Shown in pieces: positions 9,458 to 19,287 of a DNA stretch of 64,000 nucleotides. The first letter of the stretch is position 1; the number at the start of each line of letters is the position of its first letter. The DNA lies in assembly GCA_965661055.1 (NCBI GenBank), contig CBFICS010000005.1, forward strand, positions 45,766 to 109,765, written 5' to 3'. The position numbers and the translations under genes were made by a program. Under the pieces are notes generated by a model. It was not told the DNA's origin. It ran no database searches and saw only the letters and a list, made by a program, of their open reading frames with translations. Origin of the DNA: an uncultured Schleiferiaceae bacterium (GTDB taxonomy: Bacteria; Bacteroidota; Bacteroidia; Flavobacteriales; Schleiferiaceae).

Positions 9458-11668
9458 TTACCGAATCAAGGTAATGTGAATTATTTTCTCTTTCTCCTTG
9501 TCATTTTGGTCTCTATAGAGGAATCGGGCTACATAAACACCTGGTTCCGCTCCTTTTCCATCCCACCCTTCATTTGGATCTTTGGTATAGAATAACTGTT
9601 TGCCTTGTCGATCAAAAATTCTAAGCTCATAATAAGACCCTAAAAATCCTTGAATACGATACACATCATTTAACCCATCTCCGTTGGGAGTAAAGCTTGA
9701 AGGCTCAAAGAAGGGGTCGTCTCTACATACTTCATACTCAACAAAGATGGAATCTGACACTGGTCCACAAACTGTTTGATAGGTAACTATTAACCAACCT
9801 GTATTGTATGCAAAGGCAGAGTCTCCAGTCTGGCCATTTGACCATTCTATAGGGTATCCTATATCAGGCACCACAAAGGTTACGTTTTTGCCGTGGCATT
9901 GCAGAATATAATCATCCAAAACATCAAGAGTTGTGCTTAAAAGATTAATTCTAAACGTATCTGTTTTTACACAGCTCCCGAGGGTTGCTTGCACCCAAAA
10001 CTCTCCGGAAGTTGACGGAACAAACGTTGAACCAGTAGAACCATCACTCCACAAATAATTCCCTGGAGAAATATCAGGCAAAGTTATGGTGGGTGGATTT
10101 CCATCACAAATAGCATAATCTTGAACCGAAATATCGGGCATATGAAATATCCTAAAAGTATCTGTGACAGAGCAAAGTCCATTAACAGCAGTAACCCAGA
10201 AGGTCCCAGTATCTGGATAAACTTGAGCATTCCCAGTATTTCCATTACTCCAATTATAAATCACAAACGGAGCACCTGGAGCTTCCATTAACAGTGGGGT
10301 TCCCTGACAAGAAACGGTATCTTTAATATCAAAGGGAGGCAGGTAAAACAGATCGACTTGAACAGTATCTAAACCATTAATACAATCATCTAAGATTTCT
10401 AATACATAGGCCCCTGAACTGTTTACTGTAATATTACTAGTTGTATCACCAGTATTCCAAAGTAGTTTAGAGCCATTGACATTAGGAGGACCAATAATGG
10501 TAAAAATCGAGTCGCAAACTACAGTATCTTGGGTTACAATATACCCTGTTGAGTCAATAGTTAAATCATAAATGTATTCCGCTCTACCAGCACTACTTAT
10601 TGTTACCCCAGAAAAACTAGCAGGCGACCACGGGTCTATAGAATTATCCTCTCTTGTGTAACCTACGGACCTACCTGGATAGTTTACCGTATAAGGAGGA
10701 GGTGTTGCGGTAAATCCCGTTCTTGAAGTAAAGACTCCCCAGTATGGATCACTTAAGCAATTACCTGTGGTTCCGTTTAAAGTATTGGGTTGCCCATACA
10801 CCTTATAAATATAAACTGCTTCTATATTTACACTGTTGGTAGATACTGTTGGACCACTACCATTCGGCCAAGCCAAAGAAAACGGCAAAGTTGCTGGAAT
10901 TCCCCAAATACTAGTATCTCCTATTGCAGCCCCAGAATGAGGAAATGTAACGCCAGTCCCAACAACTGTACCATCCCAACTATTAGGAGTTCCATCAGGT
11001 ATGGTAGTCCCGGTAACAGAATTCATCTGATACCTGAATAGTTGGTCGATCTGATAGTTTTGAGCTCCTCGGGTCATGACTCTTCTTATTTGTCCTTGAA
11101 GAAGAGCTCTACTGTACAAAGCCACGTCATCTATTTCTCCATCAAAGTATTGATCAAAATTGAATATTTTTCGATATCCAATAGAAGATGTATAAGTTGG
11201 ATCTGTATCCATTGTAGTTCCATTACCAAAGGTATTTCCCGTCTTTAAAATTCCATTAACATAGACATCTATATTATTAATTGAATTTAAGACCACAGCC
11301 ACATGGGTCCAACCAATATTGGTTCCAAACATTCCTGTTTGAAAGTTATGGGTTTTGTAATCGTTAAAAGAAAAACCGGTACCAGCGCCAATAATTACCT
11401 GAATATTTGTAGTAGTAGCGACTATTGAAAAACCAGAATAACCCGTGGTATTCTCTTGACTTACAAAAAGGGCTCCTTGAGAAAACCCATTAGGTTTATA
11501 CCAAGCAGTAAAAGTAATTGGAAAAGATACCGTATCTAAACCGGCAGGAATTTGAATTTTAGAGTTGGTACCACTCTTATAGGTATACCCGCTTCCAGCT
11601 AAAGGGTTTTGACCAAAGCTGAAATTACATAGTAACAGTAATACAAAGCTGAGTATTAGTTTTTTCAT
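9458..11668 (-). CDS. Secreted LamG-domain, repeat-containing protein with T9SS type B (gliding motility-associated) C-terminal domain
   Basis: Signal peptide. LamG_3-like motif GEIDDVALYSRAL. Four Cys-framed modules with W(S/N)xGxTG. C-terminus FTPNGDGLNDVYRIQG...GWDG...GVYV is typical of the type B CTD. Confidence 0.8.
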   Translation of the reverse strand: MKKLILSFVLLLLCNFSFGQNPLAGSGYTYKSGTNSKIQIPAGLDTVSFPITFTAWYKPNGFSQGALFVSQENTTGYSGFSIVATTTNIQVIIGAGTGFSFNDYKTHNFQTGMFGTNIGWTHVAVVLNSINNIDVYVNGILKTGNTFGNGTTMDTDPTYTSSIGYRKIFNFDQYFDGEIDDVALYSRALLQGQIRRVMTRGAQNYQIDQLFRYQMNSVTGTTIPDGTPNSWDGTVVGTGVTFPHSGAAIGDTSIWGIPATLPFSLAWPNGSGPTVSTNSVNIEAVYIYKVYGQPNTLNGTTGNCLSDPYWGVFTSRTGFTATPPPYTVNYPGRSVGYTREDNSIDPWSPASFSGVTISSAGRAEYIYDLTIDSTGYIVTQDTVVCDSIFTIIGPPNVNGSKLLWNTGDTTSNITVNSSGAYVLEILDDCINGLDTVQVDLFYLPPFDIKDTVSCQGTPLLMEAPGAPFVIYNWSNGNTGNAQVYPDTGTFWVTAVNGLCSVTDTFRIFHMPDISVQDYAICDGNPPTITLPDISPGNYLWSDGSTGSTFVPSTSGEFWVQATLGSCVKTDTFRINLLSTTLDVLDDYILQCHGKNVTFVVPDIGYPIEWSNGQTGDSAFAYNTGWLIVTYQTVCGPVSDSIFVEYEVCRDDPFFEPSSFTPNGDGLNDVYRIQGFLGSYYELRIFDRQGKQLFYTKDPNEGWDGKGAEPGVYVARFLYRDQNDKEKEKIIHITLIR
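9734..10522 (-). repeat. Four tandem ~60-70-aa coding repeats (Cys ... W-S/N-x-G-x-T-G ... Cys) inside the adhesin-like gene
   Basis: Repeat cores LLWNTGDTTSNITV, YNWSNGNTGNAQVY, YLWSDGSTGSTFVP and IEWSNGQTGDSAFA, each flanked by conserved Cys. Confidence 0.7.
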
Positions 11669-11705
11669 ATGTTTTATGCGGCATCTTCAACTCTATTTAA
11701 GGAAA

Positions 11706-12980
11706 TCACCTAGTAAGGTTAATAAAACCTTGCTTTTCATGGGGATTCCCCTCCTCATCGACAAAAAGTATTTTATAGGCATAGACTCCTTCAGCGACAC
11801 GCTTACCAGAGGGATCAGTTCCATCCCAGCCATTCTTTATGTTTTTAGAATGATATAGAATATTACCTAATCTATTAAAAATCATTATTTCATATTCAAC
11901 AATACTATTGGCTTGTACTAAGAAAACATCATTCTTTAAATCACCATTTGGAGAGAATGAGTTCGCAACCCATACCGTAGAGTAATTATTGGGAAGATTT
12001 GAAAGAGAGTCACATGGGTCAACTGTGATTGATACATCAGACGACGTCTGATATTTACAATATCCTGCTTGAGCGGTATAAGTGGTATTAACTGTAGGTT
12101 TAGTTACAACGCTCAACCCTTGATCTCCAGTAGACCAAACAACACCAAAATTCCACCCCAGATTAAGGGCCGAAATTGAAGTAGAAGCTCCACCGGTTGG
12201 AGTACCAATTAACCCCGTGGGCGAACAATCCAATACTGTGCCTCCAGACACTCCTTCATTTAAGTCAAAGTACATGACAAGGTCCATATGAAGGGATGGA
12301 TTAATATGCGTTGAAGCATTGTTCTGTAGTTCTGATCCTGTAAGGGCTCTTTTCCACATTCTTACTTCATCAATGTCTCCAAAGAAAAAGTGATCGGCAC
12401 CTACGCCACCATAAGCAGCACCAATTGCCATATTATATGAGTTTCCTAAAACAGGAGGAGTTACTGGAGTGGCATTTGAAACACCATCTACAAAGCCATC
12501 TAAATAAACTTCAAAGGTTCCTGAAGAAAAGTCAGCAACGTAAGCAATATGATGCCAAAACCCATCATTTACTAGAGTAACACCTGAAGTTGAAATTGAG
12601 ACAGGACCTATAGCCGTTTCTCCGAAAAGCATTCCGTTCTTTAGCCCCAATCTATATCCAGGGGTACCTTCTACTCCTTTACTAACTGTAGAAGAGAAGG
12701 TCGCTCTATTATCGACCGTTTTTACCCAAGCTTCAAGGGTGAAATTTTCACCGGGAGTAATTGAAAAAACCGGATCATCTGGAATGGAGATATGATCATT
12801 AGCACCATCAAAAGTGTAGGTGTAATTATCGGGTTCAGTCACGGTGGCAACCAAATTAACTTCCTCTCCTTCACAAACTATAGTTGGATTTGCGGCGGTA
12901 GTAATTGTTAATGTATTTTGACTAAAAACAGGAATGGAAAAAATGATTCCTGTTAATAATGCAATTGTCTTTTTTACCAT
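11706..12980 (-). CDS. Secreted LamG-domain protein with T9SS type B C-terminal domain (paralog-like neighbour)
   Basis: Signal peptide, LamG motif GDIDEVRMWKRAL, one VWSTGDQG module, C-terminus FSPNGDLKNDVFLVQ...GWDG...GVYAY. Confidence 0.8.
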   Translation of the reverse strand: MVKKTIALLTGIIFSIPVFSQNTLTITTAANPTIVCEGEEVNLVATVTEPDNYTYTFDGANDHISIPDDPVFSITPGENFTLEAWVKTVDNRATFSSTVSKGVEGTPGYRLGLKNGMLFGETAIGPVSISTSGVTLVNDGFWHHIAYVADFSSGTFEVYLDGFVDGVSNATPVTPPVLGNSYNMAIGAAYGGVGADHFFFGDIDEVRMWKRALTGSELQNNASTHINPSLHMDLVMYFDLNEGVSGGTVLDCSPTGLIGTPTGGASTSISALNLGWNFGVVWSTGDQGLSVVTKPTVNTTYTAQAGYCKYQTSSDVSITVDPCDSLSNLPNNYSTVWVANSFSPNGDLKNDVFLVQANSIVEYEIMIFNRLGNILYHSKNIKNGWDGTDPSGKRVAEGVYAYKILFVDEEGNPHEKQGFINLTR

Positions 12981-13321
12981 GAGGTAAATTTATTGAATTG
13001 TTCCTAATTATTCATCAATAATGATACGCCTTTAATCAAACGATGAATATTAATTATTTAACGCTGCGGAAGATAATAAAAACATTATTTAAAAAGAGTA
13101 ATGAATCAGGTTTCTGAGTATCTTTCCCAATTGAAAATAACACATCTGATAATTTTCTATTCATTTACACTAGACTAGTATTTTTATGGAAAGCAAAAAA
13201 ACTTGGACCATACCTAGGATTGTTTGGCTATGAAAAAATGCAAACTCCAAAGGGAAAGTTAACCCCAATAAAAGGAGAAGGATATAAACGTTACGTGTTT
13301 AATAGGTTGGCACCTTATTTT

Positions 13322-14476
13322 CTAAAGTATTAAATTATACACTTCCAAAAAGCATCGTGAAACCTCTTGCTCAGTGAATCTGTCTTTGTTTTTTTCTACA
13401 ATTTCTTTTTTGTTTTTCGGATCTTTTGTCATGACTTCGAGAGCGGAAACAAAATCATGAATTGTATTTTCGCAAAGAACACCATCTGCCTCGCTAACAA
13501 GCTCAGGAATTGCCCCAACATTACTTGCAATAACAGGAAGGCCATTTTTCAAAGCTTCGGCTATCACCAAGCTAAAAGTTTCTGTTTTTGATGCGTGAAG
13601 GAAAATATCTGAATCTTGAAAAAGTTTATACAATTCGGGTTTTGTTAAAAAGCCCTTCCACCTAAAGTCAATATTTAAATTTTCAGAATATTTCTTCATC
13701 AAGGGGATTGCATCTCCTCCTCCAGCAAAAGATAATTCTATTTTCAAGTCAGGATTATTAATAGAAAACTGAGCAACAGAATCTATTATTAAATATGGCA
13801 ACTTAGGATCTGTCTTGGAGGTCTTCCAGTTTGCGACGGCTAACAGTTTTAAATACTTATTTGTACTTTCTTCTTTAATTGAATAAGTAGTTGGTGCAGG
13901 AACAATATTGGGAGTTATTTGAACAATTTCCGGAAGGTCAGTAACACTGTTTTTTAAATTATTTAAAGTAAACTTTGAAACGGTAGTTAACGCTGATGAT
14001 TTCCTGAGAATTGAACGAGAGTGACCAGAAGAAAATTTATACAATTTCCCACGTAAGTGGAAATGTGCCTTGGACCAATGTTCAGTAATTACATGAGGCT
14101 TACGCATACAATTAGCCAAGAAACACCCAAAATATCCGGCCGGTAACAAAACATTACTATTAACAACGTCGTACAAAGAAAAGTCTAAAGCAAGTTTTCG
14201 AAAAAAACGGCCATATACTTTTAATAGAATCCAAGGGGCAACATAGGCAAGTTTGTAAGAAAAAAAAGTCAGGCTAACTTCCTTTACATTAATTCCTTGA
14301 TAAACCTTATCAACAATGGTTGCCTTTGGAAAATATCCTTTTTGAAATTGAATTGACAAAAGGGTGAGGTCAACCCCGCTATGGATTAATGCCTTAGCAT
14401 GTTCAATAATAAAAACACCTTGACTAGGCTTTTCTTTTTTCGGAAACCAATGAGTCACAAACAAAACCTTCATCAC
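13322..14476 (-). CDS. Glycosyltransferase family 4 (GT-B, retaining type)
   Basis: C-terminal E-x7-E region FLHASKTETFSLVIAEALKNGLPVIASNVGAIPELV. Confidence 0.8.
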   Translation of the reverse strand: MMKVLFVTHWFPKKEKPSQGVFIIEHAKALIHSGVDLTLLSIQFQKGYFPKATIVDKVYQGINVKEVSLTFFSYKLAYVAPWILLKVYGRFFRKLALDFSLYDVVNSNVLLPAGYFGCFLANCMRKPHVITEHWSKAHFHLRGKLYKFSSGHSRSILRKSSALTTVSKFTLNNLKNSVTDLPEIVQITPNIVPAPTTYSIKEESTNKYLKLLAVANWKTSKTDPKLPYLIIDSVAQFSINNPDLKIELSFAGGGDAIPLMKKYSENLNIDFRWKGFLTKPELYKLFQDSDIFLHASKTETFSLVIAEALKNGLPVIASNVGAIPELVSEADGVLCENTIHDFVSALEVMTKDPKNKKEIVEKNKDRFTEQEVSRCFLEVYNLIL

Positions 14477-14479
14477 TGC

Positions 14480-15883
14480 TTAGTTTAAATTTATTCCCCT
14501 CTTCTTCCAAGAATACGCAAAATATAATGAGACGGAAATTCCAAATAGATTTAATATGACAGGAATTTCAAAAACGGAATAATCCAATGGTTTTGCAAAT
14601 ATGGCCATACCAATCAAGGTAACCGAGAATATTAAATAGATAATGTACTTTTTTGAAAAAGGGTGCATTTCAAATTTTTTGTAAAGAAAAAACACCTTGA
14701 CTACTTCATAAATAACAACTGAAATTAAAGAGCCAAGAGCTGCACCTTCAATTCCAAGTTTTGGAATCATAATAATATTAAACCCTACCAACAAGAAGAG
14801 CATTAAAAATCCTAGTTTAAAGTTTAGATTAAAATACTTTGAATTGAGTAAAATCATGGCACTTGGACCGGTTCCTCCTAAGACTATTTGACTTAATCCT
14901 ATAAAAACAATTACATTTTGGGTTAAACCAAGGCTATCGGGCAACAGCTGGTTAACTAAACCAAGGTTTATCACTATAAAGAAGAAAATCAACGAGTTAA
15001 CCAATAATTGAATTTCGGCCCCTTTACCATAAATACTTCTTAGCTTTTGCAAGTTTTCATTTGCCCATGCCTCAGAAATATAAGGCCTTAAACTTGTAGT
15101 AATAGATTTTGAGGGTATGCTTACGATTGACCCCACAAAAAAAGCAATAGAATAAATTGCTACATCTGACTTTCCTAAATAAAATCCTATCATTAAAAAG
15201 TCAATTCTTGAAAGTAACAATTCCAAGCTTGAAGTCAGCATGATAATTACCCCAAAGTACCATTGTTTTCTAAATTGAAAAAAATGACTTTTAATATTAA
15301 ATGAAGGAATTAGGTGTCTTGAATAATACAGCATTCCTAGGGTATGTAAAACATATCCAAATGAAAAAATCATTAAAAATGTATTGTCTTCTATTTTATA
15401 GACCCAATAAATTAACAAGGTAAAAAGCAATATTAGTCTTCTACCAACATTTTTTAAAAACAAAGGAACAACTGTCTGTTTGTCGATATGAGACAAAGAA
15501 GCAAAAACTTCAAAAAAGAGCATCGAAACAGCAGTAGCTGAAAAGTATATCCATGTATTATTTATACTAAATGGAATAACGAAGGATGAAATAATTAAAA
15601 GCATTGAAGCGATTGCTGAAATCAGTAAACCAAAAGAAAAGTACTGAGCTTTTTGACGACTATCAAAAATTGGAAAATACTTAATTACAGCATGTGGAAT
15701 TCCTAGATGACCGAAAGATGAAAATATTGAAGAATAGGCTAAAAGAAGTGTTACTAATCCCATAAAACCTATATTCCCTTCATAAAGACGAGGAAACAAA
15801 AACATGGTATTTACTGCTCCCAATCCTACACCTATATAGGCTATTACTGAATTTAAAAAACCTTGTTTAGCAGCCTTACCCAT
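14480..15883 (-). CDS. Oligosaccharide/polysaccharide flippase (Wzx-like, MOP superfamily)
   Basis: 467 aa, about 12-14 hydrophobic segments, located between a GT and a sulfotransferase, 8-nt overlap with the upstream gene. Confidence 0.7.
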   Translation of the reverse strand: MGKAAKQGFLNSVIAYIGVGLGAVNTMFLFPRLYEGNIGFMGLVTLLLAYSSIFSSFGHLGIPHAVIKYFPIFDSRQKAQYFSFGLLISAIASMLLIISSFVIPFSINNTWIYFSATAVSMLFFEVFASLSHIDKQTVVPLFLKNVGRRLILLFTLLIYWVYKIEDNTFLMIFSFGYVLHTLGMLYYSRHLIPSFNIKSHFFQFRKQWYFGVIIMLTSSLELLLSRIDFLMIGFYLGKSDVAIYSIAFFVGSIVSIPSKSITTSLRPYISEAWANENLQKLRSIYGKGAEIQLLVNSLIFFFIVINLGLVNQLLPDSLGLTQNVIVFIGLSQIVLGGTGPSAMILLNSKYFNLNFKLGFLMLFLLVGFNIIMIPKLGIEGAALGSLISVVIYEVVKVFFLYKKFEMHPFSKKYIIYLIFSVTLIGMAIFAKPLDYSVFEIPVILNLFGISVSLYFAYSWKKRGINLN

Positions 15884-16718
15884 TTTTCCAACTCTGTATT
15901 TCTCTGCCTAAAAACGAAAATAGTTCTTGGTTATTCTTATCATAATAACCCGAAATGACTTTTTTAAACATTTCTTTCTCCTCAATACTTGCCGTGGGTT
16001 TGCCTCCGCTATTTAGCTTTAAATAAATAGGAAGCAATACTTCTTGCACTTTATGTGGAATGTTTTTCTGAATTTTTAATCCAAATTGGTGAAGCCACTT
16101 CTTTTTAATTTTTACCGTTTCATTTCTCACGGTAAAATCAAAGTCATTATAAAATTCAGGGCTAATATCTAGGTGATTCGAAAGGTCTTTCATTGCATTG
16201 GGTAGGTCCTCTAGCATCTCTTCAAGAATTAATACATGAACCCTATCCTCGCCTAGCTTTTCTACCCAACGTTTAATGTACCGAATGTAATTACCGTGAT
16301 CTAATACGCCTTCTTCTTTTATGTACTCTTCAAAAGGAACGTCAATTCTTTGCGTTCGGTACTTTTCAAAAAGATATTGCGACATTAAACGTTTTTCAGG
16401 ATTTCGCAATATAAAAATCACCTTTGGTTGACTCGGTAAATTCGGAATCTGCTCAAGGGCATTATCATAATACATGTAAGGTGCCGTTGCCTCAAAAACT
16501 ATTTTGCTGTTTTCACAATGATCAAAGTGTTGACCGTATTTTGAGAGTCCATGCTCAATAAAATTAGCTCCTTTATTAAATCGATTTATTGAATCAGCAA
16601 AATAGAAGGTCTCCTTTTGTTTGCTTGCACAAACCTCAGGATGGGCAGCCAACCAAAAGTAAAGTGAACTTGTACCACATTTTGGAGCGCCAGCAATAAT
16701 TACATTGGGGTATGTCAT
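15876..16718 (-). CDS. PAPS-dependent sulfotransferase family protein
   Basis: 5'-PSB loop GAPKCGTSSL and 3'-PB motif ILRNPEKRLMSQY. Confidence 0.8.
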   Translation of the reverse strand: MTYPNVIIAGAPKCGTSSLYFWLAAHPEVCASKQKETFYFADSINRFNKGANFIEHGLSKYGQHFDHCENSKIVFEATAPYMYYDNALEQIPNLPSQPKVIFILRNPEKRLMSQYLFEKYRTQRIDVPFEEYIKEEGVLDHGNYIRYIKRWVEKLGEDRVHVLILEEMLEDLPNAMKDLSNHLDISPEFYNDFDFTVRNETVKIKKKWLHQFGLKIQKNIPHKVQEVLLPIYLKLNSGGKPTASIEEKEMFKKVISGYYDKNNQELFSFLGREIQSWKNG

Positions 16719-16794
16719 AGATTTAATCCTTCTACAAATTTAAATAAACAAATTCCTGCTATATTAGCCATCCGCATTAAATATATCTTTCAAT

Positions 16795-19275
16795 ATGCTA
16801 AAGAATAAAAAAATTCTTCATTTCCTCCTACCTATTGTAGGTCTTTTACTCGTTAACTTCATTTATTTCTATCCTGCACTGCAAGGTAAGGTTCTAGAAC
16901 AAGACGATATTAAACTTGGCTATGCCAAAGGAAAAGAAATTCGCGATTACAGAGAAACTCATGATGACGAACCCTTGTGGACCGAGGCTATGTTTAGCGG
17001 TATGCCAACATTCCAAATCTCGACTGAATACCCAAGTAATTGGATTTACTATGTTCAAAAGACACTGGGTGTAATCGGCGGAAGTTCTTCGGGAATTTAT
17101 ATAGTTTTCATTTTAATGTTTGGGTTCTATTTGGCCTTAATTGCTATGAAAACGGACCCTCTAATTGCTGCTATTGGTAGTATTGCATTTGCCTTTAGCG
17201 CCTTCTTTATTATTTCTTACGGAGCAGGTCACAATGCAAAAGTCAGAACTGCAGCCTACATGGCTCCTGTTGTGGTAGGGGTTCTACTCGCTTATCGCGG
17301 AAAACTTTTAGCGGGATTTAGTCTCACTGCCCTTTTCTTGGGATTAAGCATTTTTTCTAACCACTTCCAGATTACTTATTACCTAGCTATACTTATAGTT
17401 ATCATAGGGTTTGTTGAACTCATTTACTCTTTACTTGACAAATCTTTCAACAAGTTTTTAAAGGCCACTGGAGTTTTAGCCGTGGCGGCTGTAATTGCCA
17501 TAGGTCCCAATATTAGCAGCCTTTGGAGTACCTACGAATACACCAAAGAAACCATGCGTGGAGGATCTTCTGAACTGAAGCAAAAGGCTGAGTCAAAAGG
17601 AGGACTTAGTTTTGACTATGCTATGAGTTGGAGTTATGGAAAAGCGGAAACCTTAAACTTGATTTACCCTGACTTTTCAGGTGGAGGTATGGCTCAAAAC
17701 TATGAAGGAACGGAAACTCACAGTGAGCTTTATCCAAGATATGTAAGCGCGCTTCAACAAAGAGGCGCCCCTAAAAAGACTGCAGAAAAACAAGCGAATC
17801 AAATCATCTCTCAAATGTTCTATTGGGGAGATCAATCTTTAGTAAATGGTGGTTACTACATAGGTGCCATTGTGTTCTTTTTGTTTGTTTTGGCCATGTT
17901 TGTGGTTAAAGGTAAAGTTAGAGCCTGGGTAATTGCAGCTACTATTGTTTCTATACTAATGGCATGGGGTAAAAACTCTTATCACTTCAATAAATTCTTA
18001 TTTGACTACCTGCCTATTTATAGCAAGTTTAGGGTTCCATCAATGTCTTTTACCGTCTTATTCTTTGTAGCTCCCTTCTTCGGTTTTTACGGGTTAGGAC
18101 AATTGGTGAAGTCAAAACTTTCTAAAAAAGAACTTTCAAAATACCTAAAATACACCCTTTACATTACCGGAGGTCTTTCTCTTTTCATTGCGTTGTTTGG
18201 ATCTTCTATGTTTGATTTTGTTAGTCAAAATGACATAAGACTTAAAGAACAAGGTCTTAACCTAAACTCTTTGTACAATGATAGAGCCTCACTAATGAGA
18301 ATGAGTGCCTTTAAAACATTAGGTATGTGTGTTGCAGCCTTCGCAATAGTATGGGCGTGGGTCAATGAAAAGGTTAAGCCTGTTTTGGCTATATCTGCTT
18401 TAGCCGTTGCTGTGCTTATCGATCAATGGGGATTTGATAAGCAACACCTAAACGCTGACGACTTTCAAACAGAAAGATCTTATGAAGCAGCATTTGCTCC
18501 AACTCCGGCAGACCAAATCATTCTTCAAGATAAAGACATTCACTTTAGGGTATTTAACACAACTGCTGGTTTGATCTCAGATAGCTATACTTCTTATTAC
18601 CACAAATCTATTGGTGGTTATCACGGAGCAAAACTAATTAGATACCAAGATCTTATTGAAAATCAATTATCAAAGTCTAATATGGCGTGTTTTGACATGT
18701 TAAATGCTAAGTGGTTTATTGTTGGTAATCAACAAGGTCAAGTTACTGCACAAAGAAACCCGGGGGCTTGTGGAGCAGCCTGGTTGCCCTACCAAATCAT
18801 CTCTGCCGAAAACGCAAATGATGAAATGAGTAAACTGAGTGATTTCGCACCAAAAACTCAGGTGGTAGTCGATAAGAGATATAGTTCATACGTTGATGAT
18901 TTACCTAAAAACATCACGGACTCTACATCTACCATTGGCATTATTCAATACGACCCGAAACACATGGTGTACGAAGCTAATATCACTTCAAACAATAGAT
19001 TGGCTGTATTTTCAGAAATCTATTACGAGGGTGGCAATAATGATTGGAAAGCCTTCATTGATGGTGAGCCAGTTGATCACATCCGTGTAAACTACTTGTT
19101 AAGAGGATTGAAAATTCCTAATGGAAAACACAAAATTGAATTTGTATTCCACCCTAGATCGTATTACACAGGAGAAAAGATATCACTTGTCTTCTCTATC
19201 TTATTGTTTGGGTCGCTAGGATTCGGACTGTTTACTTTCTATAAGAAGCAGAAGGAAGGATCTACAGAAGAATAA
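16795..19275 (+). CDS. Large polytopic membrane protein, YfhO-like (GT-C-type glycosyltransferase candidate)
   Basis: 826 aa. N-terminal two-thirds has many TM helices, followed by a soluble region and a final TM. This size and architecture match Bacteroidota YfhO family proteins. Confidence 0.6.
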   Translation: MLKNKKILHFLLPIVGLLLVNFIYFYPALQGKVLEQDDIKLGYAKGKEIRDYRETHDDEPLWTEAMFSGMPTFQISTEYPSNWIYYVQKTLGVIGGSSSGIYIVFILMFGFYLALIAMKTDPLIAAIGSIAFAFSAFFIISYGAGHNAKVRTAAYMAPVVVGVLLAYRGKLLAGFSLTALFLGLSIFSNHFQITYYLAILIVIIGFVELIYSLLDKSFNKFLKATGVLAVAAVIAIGPNISSLWSTYEYTKETMRGGSSELKQKAESKGGLSFDYAMSWSYGKAETLNLIYPDFSGGGMAQNYEGTETHSELYPRYVSALQQRGAPKKTAEKQANQIISQMFYWGDQSLVNGGYYIGAIVFFLFVLAMFVVKGKVRAWVIAATIVSILMAWGKNSYHFNKFLFDYLPIYSKFRVPSMSFTVLFFVAPFFGFYGLGQLVKSKLSKKELSKYLKYTLYITGGLSLFIALFGSSMFDFVSQNDIRLKEQGLNLNSLYNDRASLMRMSAFKTLGMCVAAFAIVWAWVNEKVKPVLAISALAVAVLIDQWGFDKQHLNADDFQTERSYEAAFAPTPADQIILQDKDIHFRVFNTTAGLISDSYTSYYHKSIGGYHGAKLIRYQDLIENQLSKSNMACFDMLNAKWFIVGNQQGQVTAQRNPGACGAAWLPYQIISAENANDEMSKLSDFAPKTQVVVDKRYSSYVDDLPKNITDSTSTIGIIQYDPKHMVYEANITSNNRLAVFSEIYYEGGNNDWKAFIDGEPVDHIRVNYLLRGLKIPNGKHKIEFVFHPRSYYTGEKISLVFSILLFGSLGFGLFTFYKKQKEGSTEE

Positions 19276-19287
19276 AAAAGTAGATTG

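Noticed and set aside
12981-13321. A structured RNA gene (RNase P RNA, tmRNA or 6S RNA) in the big spacer
   Set aside because: The region is too AT-rich, has no long GC helices, and lacks an RNase P GGAAAGUCCGG-type or tmRNA tag-like element.
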